Assembly (NCBI GenBank): GCA_040751795.1
Contig: JBFMHR010000004.1
Span: 32,001 to 96,000 of the forward strand
Source of the DNA: Thermoplasmatota archaeon
Lineage (GTDB): Archaea > Thermoplasmatota > Thermoplasmata > UBA10834
DNA length: 64,000 nucleotides
Reading direction: 5' to 3'
The notes beneath the pieces are model-generated. The model ran no database searches. It was not told where the DNA came from and was given only the letters and a program-made list of their open reading frames with translations. The translations under genes and the position numbers were made by a program. This document shows, piece by piece, positions 45,517-54,891 of this stretch (its first letter is position 1; the number at the start of each line of letters is the position of its first letter).

Positions 45517-47078
45517 GCGACGGGACCCAGGACGCCAGCGGCGGCGGTGCGGCGAGGGACGCCGGCTCACGGAGGTTCATAATGGCCGGGTTGACGCTGG
45601 GGCTGCTCCTCGCTAGCCTGGACCAGACCATTGTGGGCACGAGCCTCCCCAAGATCGTGGGCGAACTCGGAGGCCTCGACAGGTTCTCTTGGCTGTTCAG
45701 CGCGTACATGCTCGCCGCGACCATAATGATCCCCATGGCGGGGAAGATGAGCGACAGGTACGGCCGCAGGCCGGTCTTCCTCCTCGGCATGGTCTTCTTC
45801 CTCTCGGGCTCCGCTCTCTCCGGCCTCGCCCAGGACATGGACCAGCTCATCATCTTCCGGTTCGTCCAAGGGTTCGGAGGCGGCGCGATGTTCCCCGTTG
45901 CGGTCGCGACGGTCGCCGACCTGTACGCGCCCTCCGAGCGCGGCAAGATGCAGGGGGGGCTGGGCGCGGTCTTCGCGCTGGCGAGCATAATAGGGCCGTT
46001 CGTGGGCGGGTGGATCGTGGACAACATCGACTGGAGGTGGGTGTTCTACGTGAACCTCCCGATCGGCGTGGCTGCCATAGCGGTCACCTCGGTCAAGTTC
46101 CCGAGGGTCCGGGCCGACTCGCGGCAGCCCGTGGACTACCTGGGGATAGCCCTGCTCACGGCCGCCCTCTCCGCGGGCCTTCTGATAACGTTCTGGGGCG
46201 GCACGACGTACGGGTGGGCGAGCATCGAGATACTGTCACTGGGCGTCGTCTGCGCCCTGCTCTCGGTCGCCTTCATCTACGTCGAGACCACCGCCGCGGA
46301 CCCGATGCTGCCGCTCAGCCTGTTCAGGGAGCCGGTCTTCGCGCTCAGCTCCCTCTCCCTGATGGTCATGGTGATGGGCCTCCTCGGCGTGGTGGCGTTC
46401 CTCCCGCTGTTCCTGCAGGCCATCATCGGCATGTCCGCGACGTACAGCGGGGAGCTGCTCGTCCCGCTCATGCTGACCTCGATGGCGGGGGCCATAGTCA
46501 GCGGGTTGATGCTCAAGAAGACGGGCTACAAGGTCTGGATCCTCGCGGGTCCGCTCATCGCGGCGCTGGGGCTCTACCTCCTCTCGACGCTCCACAGCGA
46601 GAGCGGCGCCCTCGAGGCCGTCGCCTATCTCATGGTCTCCGGCCTCGGGCTGGGGTTCACGATGGCCAACTACGTGGTCGCGGGTCAGAACGTCGTTTCG
46701 AGGGAGATGATGGGTGTCGCCTCCTCGACGCTCACGCTCTTCAGGACGCTCGGCGGCACCATAGGGGTCACCGTCCTGGGAGTCGTGGTGAACAGGCGGT
46801 TCTCCGCCGAGCTGTCGGGAACCATCCCGCCCGGGTGGGAGTCCCTCGAGTCCCAGGACATGAGCACTCTGGGGAACCTCCTGCTCAGCGCGGAGGGGGA
46901 TGCGTTCCCTCCAGAGGTCATCGAGGGAATCAGGACCGCCCTCAGCGAGAGCATCACCTTCGCCTTCCTCGTGAGCGCCTTCGTGGTCCTCGGTGCCTTC
47001 GTGGTGACGCTATTCATCAAGAACGTGCCCCTGAAGAGCGTCGAGGAGCCGTCCGAGGGAGGGGACCCGCCTCGCTGA
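45513..47078 (+). CDS. DHA2 (EmrB/QacA) family MFS efflux pump
   Basis: LDQTIV, GKMSDRYGRR and WRWVFYVNLPIG; about 14 TM; overlaps the TetR stop. Confidence 0.92.
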   Translation: MSDGTQDASGGGAARDAGSRRFIMAGLTLGLLLASLDQTIVGTSLPKIVGELGGLDRFSWLFSAYMLAATIMIPMAGKMSDRYGRRPVFLLGMVFFLSGSALSGLAQDMDQLIIFRFVQGFGGGAMFPVAVATVADLYAPSERGKMQGGLGAVFALASIIGPFVGGWIVDNIDWRWVFYVNLPIGVAAIAVTSVKFPRVRADSRQPVDYLGIALLTAALSAGLLITFWGGTTYGWASIEILSLGVVCALLSVAFIYVETTAADPMLPLSLFREPVFALSSLSLMVMVMGLLGVVAFLPLFLQAIIGMSATYSGELLVPLMLTSMAGAIVSGLMLKKTGYKVWILAGPLIAALGLYLLSTLHSESGALEAVAYLMVSGLGLGFTMANYVVAGQNVVSREMMGVASSTLTLFRTLGGTIGVTVLGVVVNRRFSAELSGTIPPGWESLESQDMSTLGNLLLSAEGDAFPPEVIEGIRTALSESITFAFLVSAFVVLGAFVVTLFIKNVPLKSVEEPSEGGDPPR

Positions 47079-47180
47079 GATGGAGGAAGATGTCCGGCTC
47101 GCTTGCCGTGGCCGAGTCCTACGGGGGGGGGAGGTGCGCCTTCAAGATTGTCGGATTCCCGCGCCCCTGCTTGGTCGGCG

Positions 47181-47456
47181 CTACACCCCAGTCCTGTTCT
47201 GCGTGTCCTCTCCGGGGAACGGTTCGTCGTCGAACGGGTTGCAGTTGTTGTCGTCGTAGTACCCGTCGTCCTCGCCGTGGGTGAGCTGGTTCTGGTCCCC
47301 TCCCGCGAGTGCCACGCCTATCCCGGACACCGCCACCGCGGCGAGGGCGACCGCGATCCCGATCGTCAGCGCCCTCTTCCCGAAGCGACCCCTGCGTTCC
47401 CCATCCTTCCCTATCCTCATGCGGCCGTCCGAGCCCCTCTCGAGTCTGATGCCCAT
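47181..47456 (-). CDS. Small secreted or membrane-anchored hypothetical protein (91 aa)
   Basis: Basic N-region, hydrophobic helix, then an acidic tail; AT-rich promoter-like region upstream. Confidence 0.55.
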   Translation of the reverse strand: MGIRLERGSDGRMRIGKDGERRGRFGKRALTIGIAVALAAVAVSGIGVALAGGDQNQLTHGEDDGYYDDNNCNPFDDEPFPGEDTQNRTGV

Positions 47457-47547
47457 GCTGAGCGGGAGCGGCCGGCGGGGTACAAGAACCTGGGCAGCAG
47501 ATTTGCAGTGGTTATATCAATTGTGATAACGCGGCCCGCCCGCCAGC

Positions 47548-49365
47548 TCACCGCTTGTGGTTGCTGCCGTTGCCGGCCTTCTTGAGGAGGACGACCATCA
47601 CCGTCCCCTTGGTGTAGTCACCGGCCGCCCGGTTCTCCGCCCAGACGAGCCCGCCGCAGGCCCTCGCGATCCTCCGCACGACGAACAGGCCCAGGCCGGT
47701 CCCGGCGACGCCGGTGTCCCCACGGTAGTACCTCTCGAAGATCTTCTCCTTCTCTCCCTCGGGTATCCCCTTGCCGCGGTCCGCCACCCGAATCGACCAG
47801 TACTCGGTCCCCTTGTGGGTGACGGGCTCGATCGTGACGTCGATGACGACCTCCTCCGCCGGGTCGAACTTGGCCGCGTTGGTCAGGAGGTTCACGAACA
47901 TCCTCATCAGGAGGGTGCTCCCCTCGACGTAGCAAGTGGGCCCGGGCTTCTTGACCGATATGCTGATGCGCTTGTCCGGGTAGAGCCTCCTGGCCTCGTC
48001 TATGGCCTCGTCGCACATGCTGCATATGTCCGTGGCGTCGCGGCACTCCCCTTCCCCGAGCGCCTCGGCCCGGGAGAGGTCCCTTATCACCGACGCCAGC
48101 TCGTAGGCCCCGCGGACGTCCTTCGCGACGATCTCGATGGCCTTCCTCTCGTCCTCCGTCAGGCCCCGGGACCCCGGCATCTTGTCCAGGAAGTGCATCG
48201 CGGCCGACATGTAGTTCACTATGTCGTGCGACAGTACGTCGTTGAAGAACTCGCACTCCGTCTTCGCCTCCTCCATCTTGGTCTTCAGGAGGTTGCGTTC
48301 GGTGACGTCCCGCACGAACAAGTGGACGCTCCGCTCGGGGTGCGTCTCGTGCAGCCTGGCCGACACCTCCCCGACGACCTTCCCGCCCTTCTTCTTGACG
48401 AAGTCGAACTCCTGGTTCCTGAGCACGCCCTCCTTGTTCACGAGCCAGACGCACCTCTCCCAGGCGTTGGCCCCGCCCAGGAGCAGCCTCGAGACGTTGC
48501 ACGACTCGAGGCGGTCCTCGGGGCCGTACCCGAGCATGGCGAGGGCGGCCTCGTTGAGCGACGAGATGGTCCCGTCCAGGAGGCAGACTATGATCGGGTC
48601 GGGGGAGAGGTTGACCAGGGCCCTGTACGCGTCCTCCGACCTCTGGAGCTCCTCCGCCCTCCTCCTCACCTGCCTCTCGAGGTCGAGGTTGAGGTTCTGC
48701 AGGTCCAGGTTCCTCGTGAGTATCTCGTCGTTCAGGCGGAGGGTGTGCTCGGAGACGGACTCCCTGTCCGCCTCGGTGGCGTGCCCGAGCCTCTGCAGCA
48801 CGGCCCTCTTCCCGACGACGAACCTGCACTCGGGGTCCCCGGCCGCCGTGCACGTTCTCTCCATGGCGACTATCTCGCCCAGTCCGTCACAGTCGACCCC
48901 CCCGAAGACATGCTTCCCCGCGCCCGCGAGCAGGCCGCAGATGAACGAGCACGAGGGCCCCTTCTGGATATCGCCGTGGCTGAGGTACCCCATGGCCTCG
49001 AGCGAGTCGGGGCAGGTCACCTCCATCGACGACCCCTCGGCATCGAAGGCGACGACCTTGAATGTGGCCAGCCCGTCGCGGGCGAAGGCGTCGACGAGGA
49101 GGTCCATCAGGGCGCGCGGGTCGGATGCGTCCGCGTCGGAGAACTCCCGGTGCATGTAGCAGTGGAACATCTCGGCGCCGGCCCTGTACGTGAGGTCCTT
49201 CTCGAACCGTCCGACGTCGCTCCTGAGGGTCCTCTTCAGCGCGCACAGCGTATGGGCTGTGTTGGCAAGGACCCTGTCTGAGACTGTCTTCCCCTGTCCG
49301 GATTCGGGGCCCGGCTCGGCCTGCCCCGACTCGCGGCCGCTGTCCCGTCCGCTCAGTTGACCCAC
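47548..49365 (-). CDS. V4R + PAS sensor histidine kinase
   Basis: V4R-like C...CSFICGLLAG...ERTC...CRF; PAS (SPDPII...NEAA); H-box SHDI; NLLTNAAKF, DRGKGI and GTGLGL. Confidence 0.87.
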   Translation of the reverse strand: MGQLSGRDSGRESGQAEPGPESGQGKTVSDRVLANTAHTLCALKRTLRSDVGRFEKDLTYRAGAEMFHCYMHREFSDADASDPRALMDLLVDAFARDGLATFKVVAFDAEGSSMEVTCPDSLEAMGYLSHGDIQKGPSCSFICGLLAGAGKHVFGGVDCDGLGEIVAMERTCTAAGDPECRFVVGKRAVLQRLGHATEADRESVSEHTLRLNDEILTRNLDLQNLNLDLERQVRRRAEELQRSEDAYRALVNLSPDPIIVCLLDGTISSLNEAALAMLGYGPEDRLESCNVSRLLLGGANAWERCVWLVNKEGVLRNQEFDFVKKKGGKVVGEVSARLHETHPERSVHLFVRDVTERNLLKTKMEEAKTECEFFNDVLSHDIVNYMSAAMHFLDKMPGSRGLTEDERKAIEIVAKDVRGAYELASVIRDLSRAEALGEGECRDATDICSMCDEAIDEARRLYPDKRISISVKKPGPTCYVEGSTLLMRMFVNLLTNAAKFDPAEEVVIDVTIEPVTHKGTEYWSIRVADRGKGIPEGEKEKIFERYYRGDTGVAGTGLGLFVVRRIARACGGLVWAENRAAGDYTKGTVMVVLLKKAGNGSNHKR

Positions 49366-49507
49366 CTTAGGAAGAGTGCCCTGCCCCGTCCACAGGGGCC
49401 CGGGTGCGCCCTCGTTGGTAGTGTGTCAGCGATAGCTAGGTTAAATATCTTCGCCGCTACGGGCGCCAAGTGCGCCGGGGAGGGGGGATAGCTTCATAAA
49501 CTCCCGC

Positions 49508-50386
49508 TCACGCCCGACGGATCACCGGGACGGCGACCCTCAGGGCCCGGACCGTCTCAGCGACGTCGTGCACCCTCACGACGTCCGCGCCGTTCCGCAC
49601 CGCGAGGACCGCCGCGGCGAGGGACCCCTCGAGCCTCTCCCCCGGGGGGAGCCCCGTGAGCTTGCCGATGAACGCCTTCCTCGACACCCCGATGACGACC
49701 GGCTTCCCGAGGGACCTCAGCTCCCCGAGCCTCGCGATGATCTCCAGGTTGTGGTCGAGCGTCTTGCCGAAGCCGATCCCGGGGTCCACCATGATCCTGT
49801 CGGGCCGTATGCCCGCGTCCTCGGCCGCGCCAACGCGCTCCTGGAGGAACGACCGGACCTCGGAGACGACGTCCTTGTACCTCGGGCTGGCCTGCATGGT
49901 CCTGGGTTCGCCCTTCATGTGCATGACTATGACGGTCGCGTCGTGCTCGGCGACGACCTCGGCCATCCTCGGGTCCCTCAGGCCGGTGACGTCGTTCACG
50001 ATGGACGCGCCGGCGAAGAGGGCCCTCTCCGCCACCTCGGGCTTGTAGGTGTCGATGGAGACGCGCCCTGGCCTCCCCGCGCTGAGCGCCTCGACCACGC
50101 CGACCGTCCTCGAGAGCTCGACCTCGACGGGCACCGGCTCGGCCCCGGGCCTGGTGGACTCGCCGCCCACGTCCACGATGTCGGCGCCCGCGGAGAACAT
50201 GTCCAGCCCCCTCGATATGGCGCCCTCGGCGTCGCCGGCTATGCCGTCCCCGGAGAACGAGTCCGGGGTGATGTTGACGATGCCCATGACCCGCGGCACG
50301 TCGAACCTGAGCCTGCAGGTCCCGACCATCACGGAGGAAGGCCCGGGACGTCCCTTCGCGCGCTTCGAGGTCGCCATCGTCCCCAT
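49508..50386 (-). CDS. folP: Dihydropteroate synthase (bacterial type)
   Basis: MGIVNITPDSFS, DVGGESTRPG, DPGIGF, SRK and RVHDV motifs. Confidence 0.94.
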   Translation of the reverse strand: MGTMATSKRAKGRPGPSSVMVGTCRLRFDVPRVMGIVNITPDSFSGDGIAGDAEGAISRGLDMFSAGADIVDVGGESTRPGAEPVPVEVELSRTVGVVEALSAGRPGRVSIDTYKPEVAERALFAGASIVNDVTGLRDPRMAEVVAEHDATVIVMHMKGEPRTMQASPRYKDVVSEVRSFLQERVGAAEDAGIRPDRIMVDPGIGFGKTLDHNLEIIARLGELRSLGKPVVIGVSRKAFIGKLTGLPPGERLEGSLAAAVLAVRNGADVVRVHDVAETVRALRVAVPVIRRA

Positions 50387-50387
50387 C

Positions 50388-51500
50388 TCACTGGATGAGG
50401 AGGTCATCGACGACCTCGGCTATGTCCCTTATCCCTATGTCCAGCCTGACCACCTCGTTGCCGTACCGCAGGTTGGTCACGCAGAATGGGCACGCGGTCA
50501 CGAGGATGTCGGCGACCTCGGACGCCGCCTTCACCCTCCTCGAGGCGATCCTCTGGGCCGCCCCGGGGTCCGCCGAGCGCACGCCGCCACCGCCGCCGCA
50601 GCACCTCGCCGAGTCCTTGCTCTCCTTCATCTCGACGTAGGTCGCCTCCGGGATCATCCTGAGGACCCCCCTGGGGGCGTCGTAGATCTTCAGGTGCCGG
50701 CCGATGTGGCACGGGTCGTGGTAGGTGATCCTCTTCTTCAACGGCCTCAGCTTCAGGTCCCTCTTGGCGAGGAACTCGACCAGGTGCTCGGTCTCGAATG
50801 GGACCTCGATGTGCTTAGGGTACTCCTCCCTGAACATCTTGAGGCAGCCAGCGCACGTGAAGATGAGCTTCTTGACGCCGAGCCTCTTCGCCGCCTCGAC
50901 GTTCGCGGCCATGAGCTTCTTCACGAGCTTCTCGTCCTGGCCGGTCCTCATCAGGGTGCTGCCGCAGCAGACCTCGTCGACGAGGGTGAAGTCCACGCCG
51001 AGCTTCCTGAGTATGGATATGGTGTGCCTGGCGACCTCGGGCATCCTGTAGCGGGCGGTGCACCCGACGAAGTACCCCACCTCGGCCCTCTTGACCTCCG
51101 CACCGAGGTCCACCTCCGCCTCCTCGCCGTAGGGGTTCTTGGTCTTCCTGATGTTCTTGACGATCCTCTTGTGCGCGGGCAGGGCGCGCCCGGCCTCGAC
51201 CAGGTCCGCCCTGGCCGCCTCGACGATGTTGACGACCTGGATGTTGGAGGGGCACCTCCTCTCGCAGTCCTTGCAGGTGGTGCACTGGTAGAGTCTCTCT
51301 ACCACGGAGTCGTCGGCGGGTATCTCCCCTCTGCTCAGCCCGTAGGCGAGGATGACCTTCCCCCTCGCGACGGACGGGTCCCACTGGTTGTCCTCGAAGT
51401 ACGGGCATACGCTCTTGCAGAAGCCGCAGAGGGTGCATGTGAGCATCTCCTTCTCGAGCTTCTTGGTCCGTTCGGCCTTGATGACCTTCCTTCGAGCCAT
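50388..51500 (-). CDS. Fe-S oxidoreductase, GlcF/HdrD-like (2x4Fe-4S plus two CCG domains)
   Basis: CTLCGFCKSVCP, CTTCKDCERRCP, CCG twice, YHDPCH and ACPFC. Confidence 0.88.
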   Translation of the reverse strand: MARRKVIKAERTKKLEKEMLTCTLCGFCKSVCPYFEDNQWDPSVARGKVILAYGLSRGEIPADDSVVERLYQCTTCKDCERRCPSNIQVVNIVEAARADLVEAGRALPAHKRIVKNIRKTKNPYGEEAEVDLGAEVKRAEVGYFVGCTARYRMPEVARHTISILRKLGVDFTLVDEVCCGSTLMRTGQDEKLVKKLMAANVEAAKRLGVKKLIFTCAGCLKMFREEYPKHIEVPFETEHLVEFLAKRDLKLRPLKKRITYHDPCHIGRHLKIYDAPRGVLRMIPEATYVEMKESKDSARCCGGGGGVRSADPGAAQRIASRRVKAASEVADILVTACPFCVTNLRYGNEVVRLDIGIRDIAEVVDDLLIQ

Positions 51501-51538
51501 GGGAACCGCCGGGTGCGCCGTTCAGTGATGCGCTGTGC

Positions 51539-52780
51539 TCACTGGACCTTCGGCACAGTAATCACAGCGTCCATAATAAAAGTCACCTTGGACTTGGGCC
51601 CCAGGTCGGCGAGCGCCCTGTCCACCGCCTCCTGGAGGCTCCCCACCGGCTCCATGTGCGCCTTCCTCGCGACCTCGGGGTCCAGCTTCGTGACGGCCAT
51701 CATCCTGCACTTCAGGCCGATCTCTGCCATCTTGGCGGCCTTGTGGTACCCCAGCTTGTAGGTGTGGGAGATCTTCTCGAGCGCGTCCTTGGGGGTGTTG
51801 GCGCTCGCGAGGAGGTTGAGGAACGTCTCGGGGCCGACCCCGGTCCTGCACGCGCTCACGAGGATGATGATGCCGCCGTCCCGGACGGCGTACTTCGCGT
51901 TGTCCAGGGCCTTCTGCGACTGGTAGAGGTCTATGTCGTACGGGAACGCGGTCACCGCGACCACGACGTCCGCCTTCCGCTTGAGCTTCATGACGAAGAC
52001 CTCGTCGGCCTTCTTCACCGCCGACCTCCACGACCTCGTCAGGTTGCCGGCCGCCGCATGGCATATGCGGTGGTGCTTGTCCAACACGACCATCACCGAG
52101 AATATGCGCTTGTCCCTGAGGGCCTTGGCCATGTCCTCCATGTCCTCGCTGACCGGGTTCCCCTTGAGCCTCAGGGCCTGCGCCTCCAGCCTCAGGGCGA
52201 GCTTGTGGTTCTGCTCGATCGTCTCGTAGGCCGAGACGCCCGGCAGGAAGGACTTCCTGCCGCCGGTGTAGCCGGCGAAGTAGTGCGGCTCGACGCTGCT
52301 GATCACGATGATCCGGTCCGCGTCCATGACCTTCCTGTTCACGAGGAGCCTCGTCCCGTTCCTCGAGGTCCCGATGAACGTGGTCTCGCTGGTCTTCGAG
52401 TCGTGGACGGTCACCCGGTCCTTCACCCTCTCGTAGACCGGGCCGAATATGAACCGGTACTCCTCCTCGGTCGGGGCGCGGTGCATCCCGGTGGCTATGA
52501 TGTAGCTGACGTCCTTGCCCTCGAGGACGGGCATCATCTGCTCCAGGACCCTCCCCGTCGGCGTGGGCCTCGTGCCGTCGTTGACCACAACGAGGACGTT
52601 CTTGGCCCGGCGGACGAACTCCTCCAGGGTCGACGGCCCAAGCGGGCTCCTGAACGCGCTCGTGAGGGTCTCACCCTCGTCCAGGGGGGGCAGGTCCTTC
52701 GGGTGCACGACCTCCCCGACATTCACGTCGGGAAGCTCGACCGCCTCCCTCCCATCCCCGTACTGGACCTCTATGCGCAT
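51539..52780 (-). CDS. larA: Nickel-pincer-dependent lactate racemase family (LarA)
   Basis: DGTRPTP, ATGMHR, PHYFAGYTGGRKS, NH and YQSQKA motifs. Confidence 0.9.
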   Translation of the reverse strand: MRIEVQYGDGREAVELPDVNVGEVVHPKDLPPLDEGETLTSAFRSPLGPSTLEEFVRRAKNVLVVVNDGTRPTPTGRVLEQMMPVLEGKDVSYIIATGMHRAPTEEEYRFIFGPVYERVKDRVTVHDSKTSETTFIGTSRNGTRLLVNRKVMDADRIIVISSVEPHYFAGYTGGRKSFLPGVSAYETIEQNHKLALRLEAQALRLKGNPVSEDMEDMAKALRDKRIFSVMVVLDKHHRICHAAAGNLTRSWRSAVKKADEVFVMKLKRKADVVVAVTAFPYDIDLYQSQKALDNAKYAVRDGGIIILVSACRTGVGPETFLNLLASANTPKDALEKISHTYKLGYHKAAKMAEIGLKCRMMAVTKLDPEVARKAHMEPVGSLQEAVDRALADLGPKSKVTFIMDAVITVPKVQ

Positions 52781-52904
52781 GCGGAATACCGGGCTGGAAT
52801 AGGGGTTGGTCTATTAGTAGGTTGCCAAGGTGTGTCACGGCTTCGCAGGCCCCCCTCCAGGCCCCTTCAAAGGGTTAATTAGGTCGTATGAATCTCTAGC
52901 GCCC

Positions 52905-53882
52905 GTGAAGACCGTAGGTACTCTCGGCGAGCGGGGCGTCATACGCGTGATAGACGGCATCGTCAAGAGCGACGCCTCCGTCGGGATCGGCGACGACTGC
53001 GCGGCGATAGACCTCGGCGACAAGTACCTCCTCGTCACGACGGACATGATGGTCACCAAGACCCACATCCCCAAGGGGATGGGCCCCTACGACGTGGGGT
53101 GGGCGCTCGTCGCGGTCAACCTCAGCGACATAGCCGCCATGGGCGGGAAGCCGCTGGGGGTCGTCACGGCCATCGGCATCACCAAGGGCCACCCGATCGA
53201 GTTCCTCGAGCAGATGGTCGACGGCATGAACGACTGCGCCCTCAGGTTCGGGACATCCATCATCGGCGGCGACACCAAGGAGCACGAGGACCTGATCCTC
53301 TGCGGGACCGCCGTGGGCGAGGTCTCCAAGTCGGGGATCCTGCTGAGGAAGGGCGCGAGGGCGGGCGACCTGATAGCGGTGACGGGCGCGCTGGGCAAGG
53401 CCGGCTCGGGCTTCCTCTCGCTCAAGCGGGGCCTGAACCTGAAGGACGCCGAGGACAGGCTCAAGCGGCCGTTCCCGAGGGTCAAGGAGGGCATGGCCCT
53501 TTCGGCGTGCGGCTTCGTCACCTCCTGCATGGACATATCGGACGGCCTGTCCAGCTCCATATTCGAGTTCTCGAGGAACTCCGGCATGACGCACGAGATC
53601 GACTACGCCAAGGTGCCGAAGGCCCCCGAGGTGGACATGGTCTTCCACGACCTCGAGAGGCAGAAGGACCTGGTGCTGAACTTTGGGGACGACTTCGAGC
53701 TCCTCTTCACCGTGAAGCGGGAACACGAGCAGGACCTGCCGGCGCTCGCCGAGGGCATGGGATGCCCCATATCAGTGATAGGGAAGGTCACCAGCGGCGA
53801 GGAGAACATCCTGGTCGACAACGGCAAGCGGGAGAAGCTGGAGAACCTTGGCTATGAGCACTTCAGGGCTAGGAAGTACTGA
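52905..53882 (+). CDS. thiL: Thiamine-monophosphate kinase
   Basis: GIGDDCA, NLSDIAAMGG, GGDT, DISDGL and DFELLF motifs. Confidence 0.94.
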   Translation: MKTVGTLGERGVIRVIDGIVKSDASVGIGDDCAAIDLGDKYLLVTTDMMVTKTHIPKGMGPYDVGWALVAVNLSDIAAMGGKPLGVVTAIGITKGHPIEFLEQMVDGMNDCALRFGTSIIGGDTKEHEDLILCGTAVGEVSKSGILLRKGARAGDLIAVTGALGKAGSGFLSLKRGLNLKDAEDRLKRPFPRVKEGMALSACGFVTSCMDISDGLSSSIFEFSRNSGMTHEIDYAKVPKAPEVDMVFHDLERQKDLVLNFGDDFELLFTVKREHEQDLPALAEGMGCPISVIGKVTSGEENILVDNGKREKLENLGYEHFRARKY

Positions 53883-54876
53883 GGCGCGGTTCTACACGCC
53901 CGAGGGCGGGAAGGTGAGGTGCGCGCTGTGCCCCCACTCGTGCCTGATCCCCGAGGGCAGGCGCGGGATATGCGGGGTGCGCGAGAACAGGGAGGGGAAG
54001 CTGTACTCCCTCATCTACGGCCTCGCCTCGTCCGTGCACCCGGACCCGATCGAGAAGAAGCCGCTCTTCCACTTCATGCCGGGGACGACCTCGATCTCCT
54101 TCGGCAGCGTCGGCTGCAACCTCTCGTGCCTGCACTGCCAGAACTCATCGATCTCCAGGGCTGGGCCGGACGCGCATGGCCTCACCCCGATTACCCCCGC
54201 GGACGTCGTCGAGTACGCGCGCTTCTCGAACGCTAGGTCGGTGTCATGGACGTACAACGAGCCCTCCATTTGGCACGAGTTCACGACGGTCGCGTCGAAG
54301 GCGGCCCACGACGCCGGGCTGAAAACGGTCTACGTCACCAACGGCTTCATCCAGGAGGAGCCGCTGAGGGAGCTGAAGGGCGTCATCGACGCGATGAACA
54401 TAGACGTGAAGGCGTTCAGGGAGGAGTTCTACAAGCGCGTTTGCGGGGGGCGCCTCGCCCCGGTCCTGAGGGCCTGCGAGCTCGCGAAGGGGCTCGGGAT
54501 GCACGTCGAGCTGACATACCTCATCATCCCGGGCCACAACGACGGGGAGGACGAGATCAGGGAGTTCTCCGAGTGGGTCGCGGGCTCCATGGGCGCAGGC
54601 GTGCCCGTGCACTTCTCCGCGTTCCACCCAGACTACAAGCTGACATCGGTCCCGGCTACGCCTGTGAGCACCCTGCTGAAGGCGTACGGTGTGGCGAGGA
54701 CGGCGGGGCTCGACTTCGTCTACATCGGGAACGTGCCGGTGGGGGACAAGGACGACACTGTCTGTCCCAAGTGCAGGTCGCTAGCCGTCGAACGCGACGG
54801 GTTCTACGTCAAGTACAATGGCCTGAAGGAAGGGAAGTGCGGCAGGTGCGGCGCGGACCTCGGCTTCGTGGTGTGA
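53854..54876 (+). CDS. amrS: AmmeMemoRadiSam system radical SAM enzyme
   Basis: CALCPHSC, DPIEKKPLFHF, CNLSCLHCQN, TYNEP and YIGNV motifs. Confidence 0.88.
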   Translation: MSTSGLGSTEARFYTPEGGKVRCALCPHSCLIPEGRRGICGVRENREGKLYSLIYGLASSVHPDPIEKKPLFHFMPGTTSISFGSVGCNLSCLHCQNSSISRAGPDAHGLTPITPADVVEYARFSNARSVSWTYNEPSIWHEFTTVASKAAHDAGLKTVYVTNGFIQEEPLRELKGVIDAMNIDVKAFREEFYKRVCGGRLAPVLRACELAKGLGMHVELTYLIIPGHNDGEDEIREFSEWVAGSMGAGVPVHFSAFHPDYKLTSVPATPVSTLLKAYGVARTAGLDFVYIGNVPVGDKDDTVCPKCRSLAVERDGFYVKYNGLKEGKCGRCGADLGFVV

Positions 54877-54891
54877 GCCCCGGGGACCGCC

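Noticed and set aside
47123-47131. G9 homopolymer as a phase-variation tract
   Set aside because: It lies between convergent gene ends, not in a CDS or promoter.
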